DNA of 64,000 nt from Podarcis gaigeae (taxonomy: Eukaryota). Made by a program: the position numbers and the translations under genes. Under the pieces are notes generated by a model. The model made no database searches and had not been told where the DNA came from. It saw only the letters and a list, made by a program, of their open reading frames with translations. The stretch lies in assembly GCA_964106915.2 (NCBI GenBank), contig OZ066916.1. One strand, given 5' to 3'. This document shows positions 51,351 to 64,000 of this stretch, piece by piece; the stretch's first letter is position 1, and the number at the start of each line of letters is the position of its first letter.

Positions 51351-54300
51351 ATTATTACAAACGTATATTATTTTTGTTTAAAAAATTCACACTGAAGCAA
51401 TTCAATTTAATTACAACAAAAAATAAAAATGATGTAATGAACAAAAAGCATAGTTTTAACAGTCTTCTGGGACATTATGAAAACAGTAAATGCTTTATGA
51501 GGGCAAAGCCTGACAGTTCAGTGTCTTCCAACTGCCCAGCAGAGTTGGTGGACGTTTCTAGCTTGGTACTGAGCCTCTCCCACTGCAGGGCAGGTGAGGT
51601 GAGTTGGGTGGCAGCAAGAACTGGACTCCTACAGTGACATCCCATCCTATATTTGCGCCACTTAAGCTAGTTCAAGGTTAATCATATTCGGCAGTTGCTA
51701 GATAGCTGCCAGATTCTTACACTTTCACTTCAGCAACATAGCCAGTTGAGATCATTGCTTGGTGACAGCAAGGAAGAATGACTGACCTCCAGACAGAAGC
51801 AGGAAAGGGCCTGTATGTGTGTGTATGTCTTCAATGGGGCTGGAGGTGTACTTTCTAGGACTCCCCTACATTTTTGACTTGAACATAATTATCCTAGCTT
51901 GAGCACCGCATGAAATCCCAAGAAGTGAGAGTACAAATCTGGATTTGGAAGGGTTTCATTTTAATTTTGCAAAACTCAGCAGCCACTATAAAGTACACTG
52001 CCATACGTGGGGCATCACTGTTGAGCTGAAGTTGCATAAGAGAGGACACAGACCTATATAATAAAGACACAAGAATAGAAGATGAATATGTGAAATTATA
52101 TATAAAAGAAAACTTATGGCAGGCACCCTTCCACAGTGAGGAAATACAACTAAAAACCATTTTAAAAGCATACTACATGACAGATATAAAACATTATTTA
52201 AACTGCTGTTAAAAAGGGACACCTTCAGTCCACATTGTGTAATACTTTTTAGTGTCTACACAAGACAGATTTTCTTTAAAAAATTAAATAGTATTAATTT
52301 ACTACTAAATATTTAGGAGATAACAGTGCATTAAGGACTTTCCCCCCATAAAGCAATACACATCGTTCTTGTGTGGCAAAACATATAGATTACACATGGA
52401 CTTTATGTACAATATGTTTCTTTTATCTTAAAACAGTTATTGTTGCTTAATGTTGCTTAAGTACCATCACTGAAGATTATGAAGGGGAACTAAGCTTATT
52501 ATGTTTATATAAAATATCATACATAATCAAATACTTCAAGCTTCCACCTCCCCAACCTCAGGATGTCCTCCCATCCTTCCCACCCCAGCCCCACCCAAAA
52601 AGATACAGTGTCACAGATATAGAGTGCAGGACTTGCAGCTTTCACAAAATTCTTCATTATGCAGTCTATGCTACCAATACATTTCATCACTGCTTTGCTA
52701 ATCCTATTTCTTTGCTCCTTTTCTCTGAAAGCTGAGAAGAGCAACATTGTAAGAATGAGGCTTGAGCAGCTGTTTCCCAAAGTAGCAAGACAGAAACCAA
52801 CCAAGGTCGATTCCACGTCCACTTCTAAGAGCCGATGAGATAGGAAAGAGAAACTTATTATAGGTGACGTCAAAGCTGCACATGCTAGTAAGAAAGAGCT
52901 GACAGAGCTGCACAGTTATGAAAATGTCCATGTTCTGTGTTTCCATAACATACAATATATGATTTGTCTTACATTACATTTTTGTTTCATGAAATTCCCC
53001 CTGAAACAAAGCTACCTCACCTTGGCTCGCCTTAGCCCTGCAGCACGTGAAACACTCATTTATTATATACATACAGCTCACTGCAATAGGCCAAGTATGC
53101 CCCAAAAAGCCAAAATACAAATACAGAATGAGTGCAGTAAACATTTCAGAAGTGTAAACCTATACTTTCATTTATTCCCCTGCCAATGCTTATTTGGAAG
53201 GCCATGAAGTATTACTTAGCACAGCTACATTTGTGTGTACAGACACCATGGGGAAGTGGGGTATAGCAAGCAAGCAATTTGCAACTATCGTCAGTACAGA
53301 CAACGATCATGGCCATCCTTCTAGGGGACTGGAAGCTCATGGAGATAAAGCACATTCAAGACAGGTCGTCACACTGCATGCACAGAGGAACCCACACTCG
53401 GACAGAGCTTGCCGCAGATGCTGGGCTGTAGCAAACGGGAGGTTGGGGGACAGAGCAACAGAGGGAGAAGAGGAAAATGAGCAATTTACAAGCCAATCAA
53501 AATAAAGTTAAATCTCCTAAGCTGCTCACCAAACATTAGCTTGGGTGCAGGAAGACATGGAGCCGGTAGAACATTTTCACTGAAAGCTGGTGCAAAAGAA
53601 ACATTACTTCAGTAAAACAAAACTAGTGTAAGATACATGATGCATAAAGGTATGTTTGTATCAAATGGAATACTTTTTGTTTTGTCCCCCTGTTATGGGT
53701 ATGCTATGATAAATTAATTTTTGGCTCTCTCCAGAGAGCCAGTTGGTATCAACAGCGAATGGAACAATGTCAGTGACTAGACAACTGAGCTTAACATGAG
53801 CTGATCTTTTAAAGTTTAAAGTGGAATCACACACAGTCCTGGGATAGGATAAATGTATTACTCGTGGGATTAAAATAGTTCCTCTCTCAAGAAAACTGGC
53901 CCATCCCCTTGTTAGCTTACTGCAATCTTAGTGCAAAGATTTGGTGATTTTTATATCAATTCAGATCAGAACACAGAGTGAGCATGACCTCCTGCTAGAC
54001 AGCAGGGGTAGGCAGAAGGTAGATCAGGATCTATTGGTAGATATGTAGATGGCAGTTTAGCAAGAGTTTGTGATTACCAGTTGTTTAATAACAACAACAA
54101 AATAACATTTCCCAAACACATTAAGCTTGTGAAATGTTAACCAGAAGTAGACTTTTGTGTGAAAAGACTGTGAGCTCAGTCCTGTCCTGGTACAGAAAAC
54201 ACATTTGTAAGCTCAGGATGCTCAAAGGCACTCTTCCTTTAATTTTAACTATATGGCTCTGGCTGATAGATTTTGGGGTTCCAGTAAAAAGTAAAGTAGA

Positions 54301-54959
54301 TTCAACAAGCTTGAAGTCTGCAAACCCCCTGCTATACCATGTAAATGCTTATAAATGCATATATCAATAACTGGCTCCTCCCTGTACCTCTTTATTAATT
54401 ATTATGACAAATACAGGGTGCTGCATGTATATTCTAAAATTTATGCCTTTTCCATTTTAGTGCAATAAAGTCAGAGGAGCTAAAACCATTCTGCACCAAG
54501 GTAACCTGAATTCCACACAAGAAAAAGCTGGATTCTGCAGTCGGTATAAATACTGCAAATTAGCAGACATGTTGGACAATGAATTTGGCTTTTGCTAGTG
54601 ATGGGGAAGGAAAGCCACTAATGGGCACTCAAGATTTAACCCTTGAAAATCCTATTCAGCTCCACTTCCTCACCATCTAGCGTTTCCCTAAGCATTGCTG
54701 ACAAACTTTATGCCTATCTTCATATTCAGAAAGGCAATAAACCTGTTTTTTTAAAAGAGAGACCAGGGTGGGGGGTGGGCTCAGAATCACAAGATGCTGA
54801 ACTGCAGAAGATATACAGCTTTTACTAGCTGTAATTCTGGGCCTCTTAAAAAAAAACAAAACAAAGGGAGATGTCTCAAAGTATGGTCTCTGATCACAGG
54901 TACTTGATACTGAGTTTGATATACAGATCTACCTGTGAAAGCGACCATGCAGAAGGGGA

Positions 54960-55098
54960 CTGAAGGATAGCTTCAGACTCTTAATCTCATGACCGTGGTC
55001 TTGAGCCCCACACTGGGTGAAATATTCCTGCATTTCAGGGAACTGAACTAGATGATTTTTGTGGTCCCTTTCAACTCAACAATTCTATGACCTATGAC
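54960..55098 (+). mobile_element. Second tRNA-Lys/CR1-tail SINE, antisense within the CDK19 3' UTR
   Basis: AGACTCTTAATCTCA...GAGCCCCACACTGGG...AACTAGATGA...TTCTATGA, matching the 29380 copy. Confidence 0.7.
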
Positions 55099-56872
55099 TT
55101 TCTTGTCCCCTCTTGTCCCCAGTAGCCCTTGGAGCATGCCTTAAAATATGAGTAGATGCCTCTGTCTGAGCTTCTGTGAGCTCCCTCTTCCATCTTGGAC
55201 CCCTTTGCCAGAACCACCCCACTCAGCTAAGTGCCATGATCCTCAGAGGAGAATATTCAGGGGTGCTCTGACCTAGTGGGGAGAGGATGGGATAGTCAGT
55301 TTCTGCCTACCCCTTCCATAGGTGGATCTTTAGATCCAACCCAACGGCTCTCCAGTATTATGCTCTGGTGATAAGCTGACATCTCCTCCGTTAGCTGCCT
55401 ATCCAATACACCAACATCCACAATATGTCTGACCTTAGGAAAACAGTCATTTCAGTACAGCCTCACTTACCTAGCACTTAACCAATTTAGGTTAATCACA
55501 TCAGTGGAAATATGGCAAAACATGCATTTTCCCACATGAGAAGGCTAAGCAGTTTCAAGACATTGCTCAACAACTTCAATATTGGATCTGGTTCAAATGG
55601 ATAATGAAGGTTAGTAATAGTAAAAAATAAAAATGGCTTGTCCAGGTTCATGATTGCAAGTGTCCTGCAAGTAGGCAGCAGTTCATGCCACAAATGTGCT
55701 AGTCTCTTAAGGTGCCACAGGACATGTTGCCCTTTTTTGTTGCAAGTTACAGAACCATCCACATTTAGCAAAGGAAAGCTTCATCAGAAACAAACAAAAC
55801 TTAGAAGGTAAAACATATACTAAAAAGATGCTCTGTCCCTCTTGACAGCCCCCCAAAGTAGTAGCACAGTCTCCTTGTTTGCCCTTTTTCTAGTTGATGC
55901 TAAACTCCTAGGGCAGAGTTCCGAAAAAGAGATAAACATTGGAGAAGACACCATTGCATGTACGAAAAACTACTAGAGAAGACACCATAGCATACACTTG
56001 TCCTACTGGAGCCACAGAAGAGTTTGCCTTCCACTTCACTGTTATGCCTTAATTTAAAGCAAAGCTTAGGTCAACCCACTTGGAAGATAATGGCAAATGA
56101 TCTATGGGAGCTCATCTGAATAATAAAAAACAAACATTCATAATCTTCTGTTTGGTGTTCAATCCAAACACATAACATGTAATAGTTGCTGCAGAGACTT
56201 GGGTTGTATATTTTTCTTTTCTTTTCTTCTTCTTTTTTTTTAAAGACCTCATCTGAAAACTAGACTAATAAAAAAGGGAATAATAAAATACTCTGGAACA
56301 GTAAAATCTGCTGTTCTTGACATCCATGAGCAAAACAGTAATATCCTGTGAAAATAACATAGTGCTTTTAAAAGGTGCATTATACCTGTATAGCTAAACG
56401 GGTTTGCCTAGTAAAAAACTAACTATATACAAGCTTGAAAAGCCTGGGAGTTCAATGTTTCAAAACTTTAAAATCCTGGTAAAGGGATTTGAAAAGATAA
56501 GATTTATGGCAATTACTACAACACAAGAAAGGTGCACCAGGAATCCTTCAAAAATTCCATAGGTTAAAGAAGTTTAAGTGCTGGGTTCAGATCAGACGGT
56601 TTCATTCGAGTAACCACAATGGAACGCATGCGAAAGCAAGCTGAGGGGAAACTTCACAAGAATCTCCTTTATGGCAAAAAAAAAAAAAAAGGATAAAAAG
56701 GTCTCTTGTCTCAAAACAATTAGTTAATAAAAGTTCTCCTTTTATAATTGTTAACTTTAAAATCTGCATCACAGTTTTGCATTTTTGGTTCTTCTCATGG
56801 TTATGAACTTCATATTGCTGGAGTCCGCCAACTGCTAGTTCATTCCTTTCTAACACCATCTATGTGCTCTCC

Positions 56873-57004
56873 TCAGTATTGGTGCGACTGGTGAGACTGA
56901 TGGTACTGAGAGCTCTGCTGAGATGATGTAGAATAGCCCATTGTACTCTGGGACTGAGAAGATCCCTGAATGTTGCTTTGGTAACTCAGGCGTGAACTGG
57001 AGTG
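56873..57004 (-). CDS. CDK19: CDK19 last coding exon with stop codon
   Basis: Acceptor CCTTTAG|. Encodes [43 protein letters not shown], with TGA at 56875-56873. Confidence 0.95.
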   Translation of the reverse strand, partial: HSSSRLSYQSNIQGSSQSQSTMGYSTSSQQSSQYHQSHQSHQY

Positions 57005-59836
57005 CTAAAGGAGGGAGGGAAACAAAACATGTTAGAACATTTTGGTGGGCAGGAATTGCTCCAAAATGATTTTTCAAAATGTTAATGCTGATGATCCCTG
57101 TCTTTTCTCTCAGATAGATTTACACTGGGCAGGGAAACGAGACAGGGATTTATACTGTATGCTCCCCCCACCCCTACTTTTTTTCTTCTTCTTTCCTAAT
57201 AGAATGTCTGGATTATTGCTATTGAACAAAACATATGGTTGGATCCAGAGAACTCTGCTCATGCAATGGGGTGGTTCCTGCCTCCCCGTTTTTGCCCTGT
57301 GCAATTTCCTCACACACACCCTAACACAGAAAGCCTGGCCAAATGGCCAAAGATTATCTACAATTATATGGAACACGGCATGGAGGGATCCGCAGAAATC
57401 ACTTGGTGGAACTTCCACAGGAGGTCTCAGTATACAATTAAGAGATTATAACAAGAAGGTATAAATCTACACTATTAATACTGTTATCACACAAACACTG
57501 CACATGAGCTACTGTAGATTTTAAAAAGCTATACTGTACAGAAGTTTTATTTTAGACAATGAACGAAGAAAAGGTTCTATGTGATTATGATGCTCCAGTT
57601 AATAATAGCAAGAGACAGCTTACTACATGCAGTTATACCTAGATTTCATGACTTGGAAGCCAGAGGTATTTCTTTTTATAGCAATATAAAGCTTTACTGA
57701 AAGAACAAAATTGAATTATTGAGGGAAAGGAATCAATAGAGTCAAACAGCAAAAATAAGGTCAAAGTCTATCAGCCGAAAGGGCAGCTTGTGATGTTCTA
57801 ATTATTTATTTCATTTATTTATTGCAATATCTTCAGAATTTCTAAGCAGTTGACTTAGAGGTTTACAATATGAAATGACAAGATTGGCTGCAGTTTATCA
57901 AGTAAGAAACACTGTCTTTATGATAGACTGACGTCACCACACCACTAAAGGCAATTCTGTGGTTGCAATTGATAAACATACTACGAGTATGACTAAACAT
58001 TCAGAAATGAAGAGTTATGTCTCAAATATCAATCTTGTGATGGAACTGTTGTGTGCTGCAAGAATAAGGAATTTCCTTCCATTAATGGAAGTCTTAAAAT
58101 ATGGCAAAAGGCAGAAGGGGATAAGAATGAGAAAGGGCTATAAAGATAACAAATGCATACAAAACCAGTTCCTGTTTATTTAATATTGGAATGAGAAGCA
58201 TAATTATTCTGTAAATTTATACTGGTTTAGTTACTTAAATGATATACAGTAGTATTTTTTTAAAAAAGTTTCCAATATTAATTTTTTCAGTGTGGTTTTC
58301 AAAGCCTACTTTTTCTAATTTACCGGTACTTTCTTCAAGATGGCAAGCACTACTGTATATAGCCCACTTGTTCAGAGCAGCCTAGCATGCTTGGGAAACC
58401 ATATAAACGTTCAGCCAAGACCAGCACAACTGATGACTCAACAAGCGGAACACAGGACATCAGCCTTGGGACAATATTCTTCCAAGGGTCCTATAAACTT
58501 TCTGTATTCAGCTTGGATAGGTAGCATTATATGTCTGGTAAGCTTAACTGGGTATCTTAAATCACGTGCTCAGCAAGCATGGCAAGGCAGAAAAGGGTAA
58601 CAGGAGATGTTACAATAAATCTGAAATATTATTTCTCCTATCCCCTCCAAACTGCACTGGCAACTTATGCATGTTTTGAAACTGTATTGAAATAACCAGC
58701 TATTAAGGCAGATCAAATGTTCTTAACTAGGTCCTTTCCTTACCTCCAATTAACTTAACATAAAAATGAGAAGGCTTAATGATATTAGTATTCTACATAA
58801 ATATAGGAGGGGAATTCATAGATCTTCATATTAAATCTAACCTTTCAATGAAATAACTGCTCTTCACCATTGATTTTTCTGTTTTTGAGAGTAAAATGTC
58901 CTACCAAACCTTCTATGGAGGAAGCAGAACAAAACAAATTCTGTGGCACCAACTGGGATTAATGTAAATTTATAGATGATTCCAAAATAGAGAATGAATA
59001 ATTGGCCTGGGTATCAAAGCAGAGATCCAAATTCTTCAAGCAGCGTTTGAGTGACATTTCAATGTCTTTCCTGCAGTCTGATTCCAGGAATGCATGCACT
59101 GGCAGCTCAGCCATAAATTTTCGAATACATCTAAAGGTACAACGTTCACTTAATGAAAAGACCATTATCCATGAAAGCTAATATACGCTACCAGTTTTGT
59201 ATGATGATGCTATCATATGACTGTTGTTGCAATTACGCCTCAAAAAGGTCATGTGGATTTAGCTGTCTGCTAGAGATGATTCACATAACCCTATGTGAAT
59301 ATGCACTAAACTAGGTCATATGAGTGTCTTACAACATATCCCCAAATTGTTGATCACTGTCAGCCTTTGATGAGCTGATTGAATCCTTGTCCTCAATGCA
59401 GCAATTTGGATGTAAGGCTGCTATCTCTTTCATACCCTCCAGGCTCAACAATATTGAAATTTAGCAGACAACGCTTTCCCAGCATAATGGGGGCGGGGGT
59501 GGAATTCACCTCCTTAATTCACATGTGCTAGGCTGCTGTTAAAGGATGTAGGAAAACGACCAACAAACTGCACAGTGACCTGATCTGGGTGCATGACTGC
59601 TTTGGTGCAGATGGGTGGGAAATCTGTGGTCTTTCAGATGTTGATGGATGATAATTCCTATCATACCTGACCACTGGGCATCTTGGGTCGGAGTTGGAGT
59701 CCAACAACATTTGGAGAGTTCTCCATCTCTGCTGCAGCCTAAAAGTTCACCACACGGCTCAGATGTGACAAAGGGCAATATTTATCAGCTTCTGAAACTG
59801 GCGCTACAGCATGATCCAAATGAACAAAAACCGTAC

Positions 59837-60085
59837 CTGATAATCCGAAGGTATGACAGGCCCGCCTGAATTAGTGCCTGAAGGCCCTATGCGTGGTTTC
59901 TTATTTGGAGGCACCTGGTTGAGGCTGGAGTCCTGGCTATGCTGGAGACCTGCCCCAGTACCACCACCTCCTGCTCCACCTCCCCCTGTAGTTCCATTTG
60001 TCTGGGTGCTGTTCTGCTGCTGCTGAGGTGCTGCTTGCTGCTGAGGTGCTGTTTGTTGCTGATGTTGGTTTTGCTGCTGTTGATT
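59837..60085 (-). CDS. CDK19: CDK19 penultimate coding exon (Q/G-rich disordered tail)
   Basis: Acceptor CTCGTAG|, donor CAG|GTACGG, 249 nt. Encodes [83 protein letters not shown]. Confidence 0.94.
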
Positions 60086-62015
60086 CTACGAGATTGAACA
60101 TGGGAGGGAAAGCCAGAGTTTGAATGAGTATGTTTTAGCAATTTCTTCAGTTCACAAGACTGTACTGGCTATGAATATTGTTTATGTACTGTTGTCAAGG
60201 GTGCTTCACAGCCAAGGGAATGCACATGGCAGATACTGTAGTTAACTCTATAGTTAACTGTAGTTAACTGTAGTTAAAGTCAATGATAATATAGTCGTTT
60301 CTACAGTTCTGGAGACCTACGCGCATCTAGGCAGCTATTCTGAGGTCTGAGCCCTATGGAGCACCTGCCGTAATAGGGGAACCCTCCCCCCACCAGTTTA
60401 TGTACCTTCCTCAGAGGCTATGCCTGCATAGAAGCTTCCATTGCTCATTCCTTTTCAATTCCCTCCTGGTTCTGGGACACAGAGGTGCAGAAGAGGGGGG
60501 GGGAGCAGATGGCCTTGCACCTGCCTGACCTGCCTCTTCCTCCTGTTGTTCCGCCCCATCCTGTGCTTCAGCCTTCGGCACAGCAAGAGCATCTTAGAGG
60601 CAAACTAGCTCACTCTTCAACCTCTTCCCTTGTAACACCTGAGCCCGATTTTTGTAGGATTTCCATAGCATTACATATCATAAAGTAAGTGGGGTTAATA
60701 GTGAGAAAGTAAGAATTAAACAGCCACTAAAAAAACAAAAGAAGCTTTGGTGTCAATTTCTTTTCCCATGTCTCTCAGTGTAATAAAAGGGTTTCATTGT
60801 TTATAATCAGAAGGCTGAACAAAAGGCAACACAAAGCAAAAGGAATTTACACTACCAAGGATACAAAACTCTGTTTTACCACTGCGAGAAGTTACAATTG
60901 AAACCATGTTTGTGCTTTTATTGCAAAAGAGGACATGTCGCTATTCAGTGGGACCAACCAGCCAGGACTACAGTTTGCAATTGTTCATCAGGTTTATGGC
61001 CAAAGGAATGTGCTCTTGGCCAAAGATCAAAGTAGTTGACTGAAATGTAGCCCTGTGAACCAGGGGTAAAAGGGAAATTGGTTTATTTGCTTTTGTTAAC
61101 ACCTGAAATGATTAAAGGCCATTTTAGACTGGGGGGGGGGGCGTGGGAATTCTTGTAACAAGAATTAGCTTCACCTAAGGCCTGAGAGTTGAAAAACTGT
61201 TTTGAAAATATATGACCAAACATGCATATTCTAAACTAGCTGTTGGGGATGCTGGATGCTTCAGCATGTCACAAGAACCTCCTACTCTTTCTGCTTGTGG
61301 CTATGTGATTGGAAATAGCCAAGTGCTGGGGGTCTCCTGGAGCTCTAAATATCAAATTTGGGTAAGCCAAGAGTATGGACAATAGCACTGGCTAAAAAAA
61401 CTAGCCTTTACGGGAATGCTGCTAAGGGAAAATCAGTTCCCTTCTCGTTTTACAACACTGAGCAGCCCTTCATTGAATATATGTGGCAGGAGGATTGTGC
61501 AAAGAAGCCACCCCAAACATATGGAAGAATATGGAATCTTATGGACTAATTTAATTTGTGTCAATTCTGCATTCTTTATTTTATGAAGGTCTGTGGACAC
61601 CAAAGTCCTCTTGTTGTATGTGTTTTTGTAAATGGAAAATCAATCAAAACACTTAAACAAAAAACCACCCAAGTAAAGGCCCTCTGCTACCCAGAATATA
61701 GGGCATAAAGGGCTGGAGGGAAATTTCTCATCAACTGAAAGATATCCTCATCAGATGATTAGAGCCAAAAGCATCCTCTCTTGCTTCCTCCAGCCATGTG
61801 TTACTAAATTAGCTGTTCAACATAAATCAACCCATGCCCCTGTAAAGGATCAGGCGTGAAAATGCTACATATTTTAGAAATGTCCCATGACACTGTGCTG
61901 GGATAGTCTTGACCAGGAATGTGTGTCTGATACAACCCCCTGTGTTCTGTCAGTGTTTCTGCCAAAGAACCATATTTTCTTCTTCTTTACTGTTAGTTGA
62001 GTAATCTTTGAACTA

Positions 62016-62150
<135 letters not shown>

Positions 62151-62692
62151 TTAAAAGTACTACAATCTTAAATACTTCATTTGGAAATAATACAAAATTA
62201 CAGTTTAGTGTTCCATGAACAAGCTTTGGCTAATGAATTCCACAACACGCACACCTTGCCAGGCATGGATGTGAAAACGTTGGAATTTTTTTTAGTTCAT
62301 TTTTAGCTACCTCATTGGTCATGTTGGGATGTCATCATAAACTGTGTTTTATCATGATGGAAATGACCCTCATTTCGCTCTGGGCTTACACGTTCTTCTC
62401 CAGTGGTGTGGCTGTGAGAAATCTGGGAACATTCACTTTCATTTTTTCTTAACCGCAGCTTTTCATATTGGTCAAATCTGACAAAGCTGTGTTTAATCTT
62501 AACCATAGTTTGGAGTAAGTCCACTTCAAACCATGGTTCATAAGCTAGTGTGTTTCAAGGCTACAGTTAATATTAACCACAGTTTAGGGGTGAAGGGTCA
62601 AATTTCCACTGCAGCTGCATTGTTCAAGGTTGCATTGCCCCAACACTTAGGCTTGAAAAAATGCATTATATTAAAAAAATTTCCTCCATGCT

Positions 62693-62897
62693 TTGTTGTT
62701 TAGTCATTCAGTCGTGTCCGACTCTTCATGAGCCCATGGACCAGAGCACGCCAGGCACTCCTGTCTTCCACTGCCTCCCGCAGTTTGGCCAAACTCATGC
62801 TGGTAGCTTCGAGAACACTGTCCATCCATCTCGTCCTCTGTTGTCCCCTTCTCCTTGTGCCCTCAATCTTTCCCAACATCAGGGTCTTTTCCAGGGG
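62693..62897 (-). mobile_element. BovB (RTE) LINE 3' fragment with 11-bp TSD, in a CDK19 intron
   Basis: TTCAGTCGTGTCCGACTC...CATCTCGTCCTCTG..TCCCCTTCTCC...TCAATCTTTCCCAACATCAGGGTCTTTTCC is the BovB 3' end in reverse, with a short (CAA)n tail. TSD TCCTCCATGCT at 62682-62692 and 62898-62908. Confidence 0.92.
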
Positions 62898-63353
62898 TCC
62901 TCCATGCTACAAATAGGCTTAAAGAAAGCCCACTACAGGAACTGATAGAATGCTTTTTTTCCAATGATGCTCTGCTATGGCTCCCAACCAAACCCAAGAA
63001 ACTATGTGAAGTATGTCTCATTGAACTCAATGGGACTTACTTCAGAGTAGGACTGTACCATTGACTGTGCTGTATAAAAATGAAGTTCAGAGGAAAAACC
63101 TGTAAATAATGTTTGCAAGTTCTCTTCACTTTTACTAAATTTGATAACTCATAGGGAAATCTCTGTCCATTTAGTGAACTGCATCATCAAGCTGACTGTC
63201 TCCTGGAAAAGGCAAGTGATCAAATGTAAGTTTTTCTTTTTTTATCCCTTGCACTCAGCTATTCCTTACTGAATGGAGAAAGCATACTTTCACTTGGTAC
63301 GTAAGTAGGTGTTTCAGGGATATAGCCAGACAAAAATTCTGCCTTGTGAACTA

Positions 63354-63590
<237 letters not shown>

Positions 63591-64000
63591 TTATATGAAT
63601 AGCATTCACTGGGTTATATGCCAAAATACCAAGTATTAAATGGTAACTAAATCAAAGAAAAACTTAGGATTTCATACACAGAAAGAATGCTGCTTATCTT
63701 TATAGTAACACAAAAATTGTGGTTACACCCTCAATTTGTATCATTTGTAATTCAGAAAAAAAGACTTTTCAGGAGAAGAAACTTAGTTGTCTCTCCTGTG
63801 TCTACAATAAGATGTCATAAAAAGTTCAGAACAAAAGTCTATCTCGTCTAGCATCTCGTTCCCTACAGTGGCCATCCAAATGCTTCTGGGAATCCCACAA
63901 GAAGAGGAAGAAAGCAACTTTCTTCTGCACGCCAGGAACTAATATTCAGTAGGGCAACCAGCAATGTCACATTTGAGTTTCTTTACTCTTGGATAATGAC

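Larger units (their letters stand above)
51325..56872 (-). other. CDK19: Probable long CDK19 3' UTR
   Basis: AT-rich, mostly repeat-poor sequence downstream of the stop codon, ending at an AATAAA. The 3' end is inferred; proximal AATAAA hexamers also occur at 54396-54391 and 53176-53171. Confidence 0.55.

Noticed and set aside
59887-60141. ORF-track 84-aa S/K/Q-rich protein
   Set aside because: Wrong frame of the CDK19 penultimate exon; the spliced frame gives the Q/G-rich CDK19 tail.

Overview
Vertebrate genomic DNA from a squamate reptile, probably a lacertid lizard (inferred from Sauria SINEs, a BovB fragment and CR1/L2 elements). Two protein-coding genes lie tandemly on the minus strand, as in the human CDK19-SLC22A16 synteny. 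The last four coding exons of CDK19 span 63560 to 56873, followed by a probable ~5.5 kb 3' UTR. The first five coding exons of SLC22A16 span 18449 to 1040, starting in a CpG island and continuing off the left edge. All nine exons have GT/AG boundaries and consistent reading-frame phase. The ~32 kb intergenic region and the introns hold SINEs, LINE fragments and palindromic MITEs, several nested with readable target-site duplications (TSDs). Almost all ORFs in the supplied track are spurious. I found no convincing new multi-gene system. The best leads are: a 168-nt near-perfect hairpin whose substitutions are biased to G-U pairs on one strand; a CR1 5'-end/ORF1 fragment joined to a non-CR1 tail; two RTE-like short retroposons; a strong-context overlapping uORF at the SLC22A16 start; a cluster of miRNA-seed and Pumilio sites in the CDK19 3' UTR; and a few motif-dense candidate enhancers.
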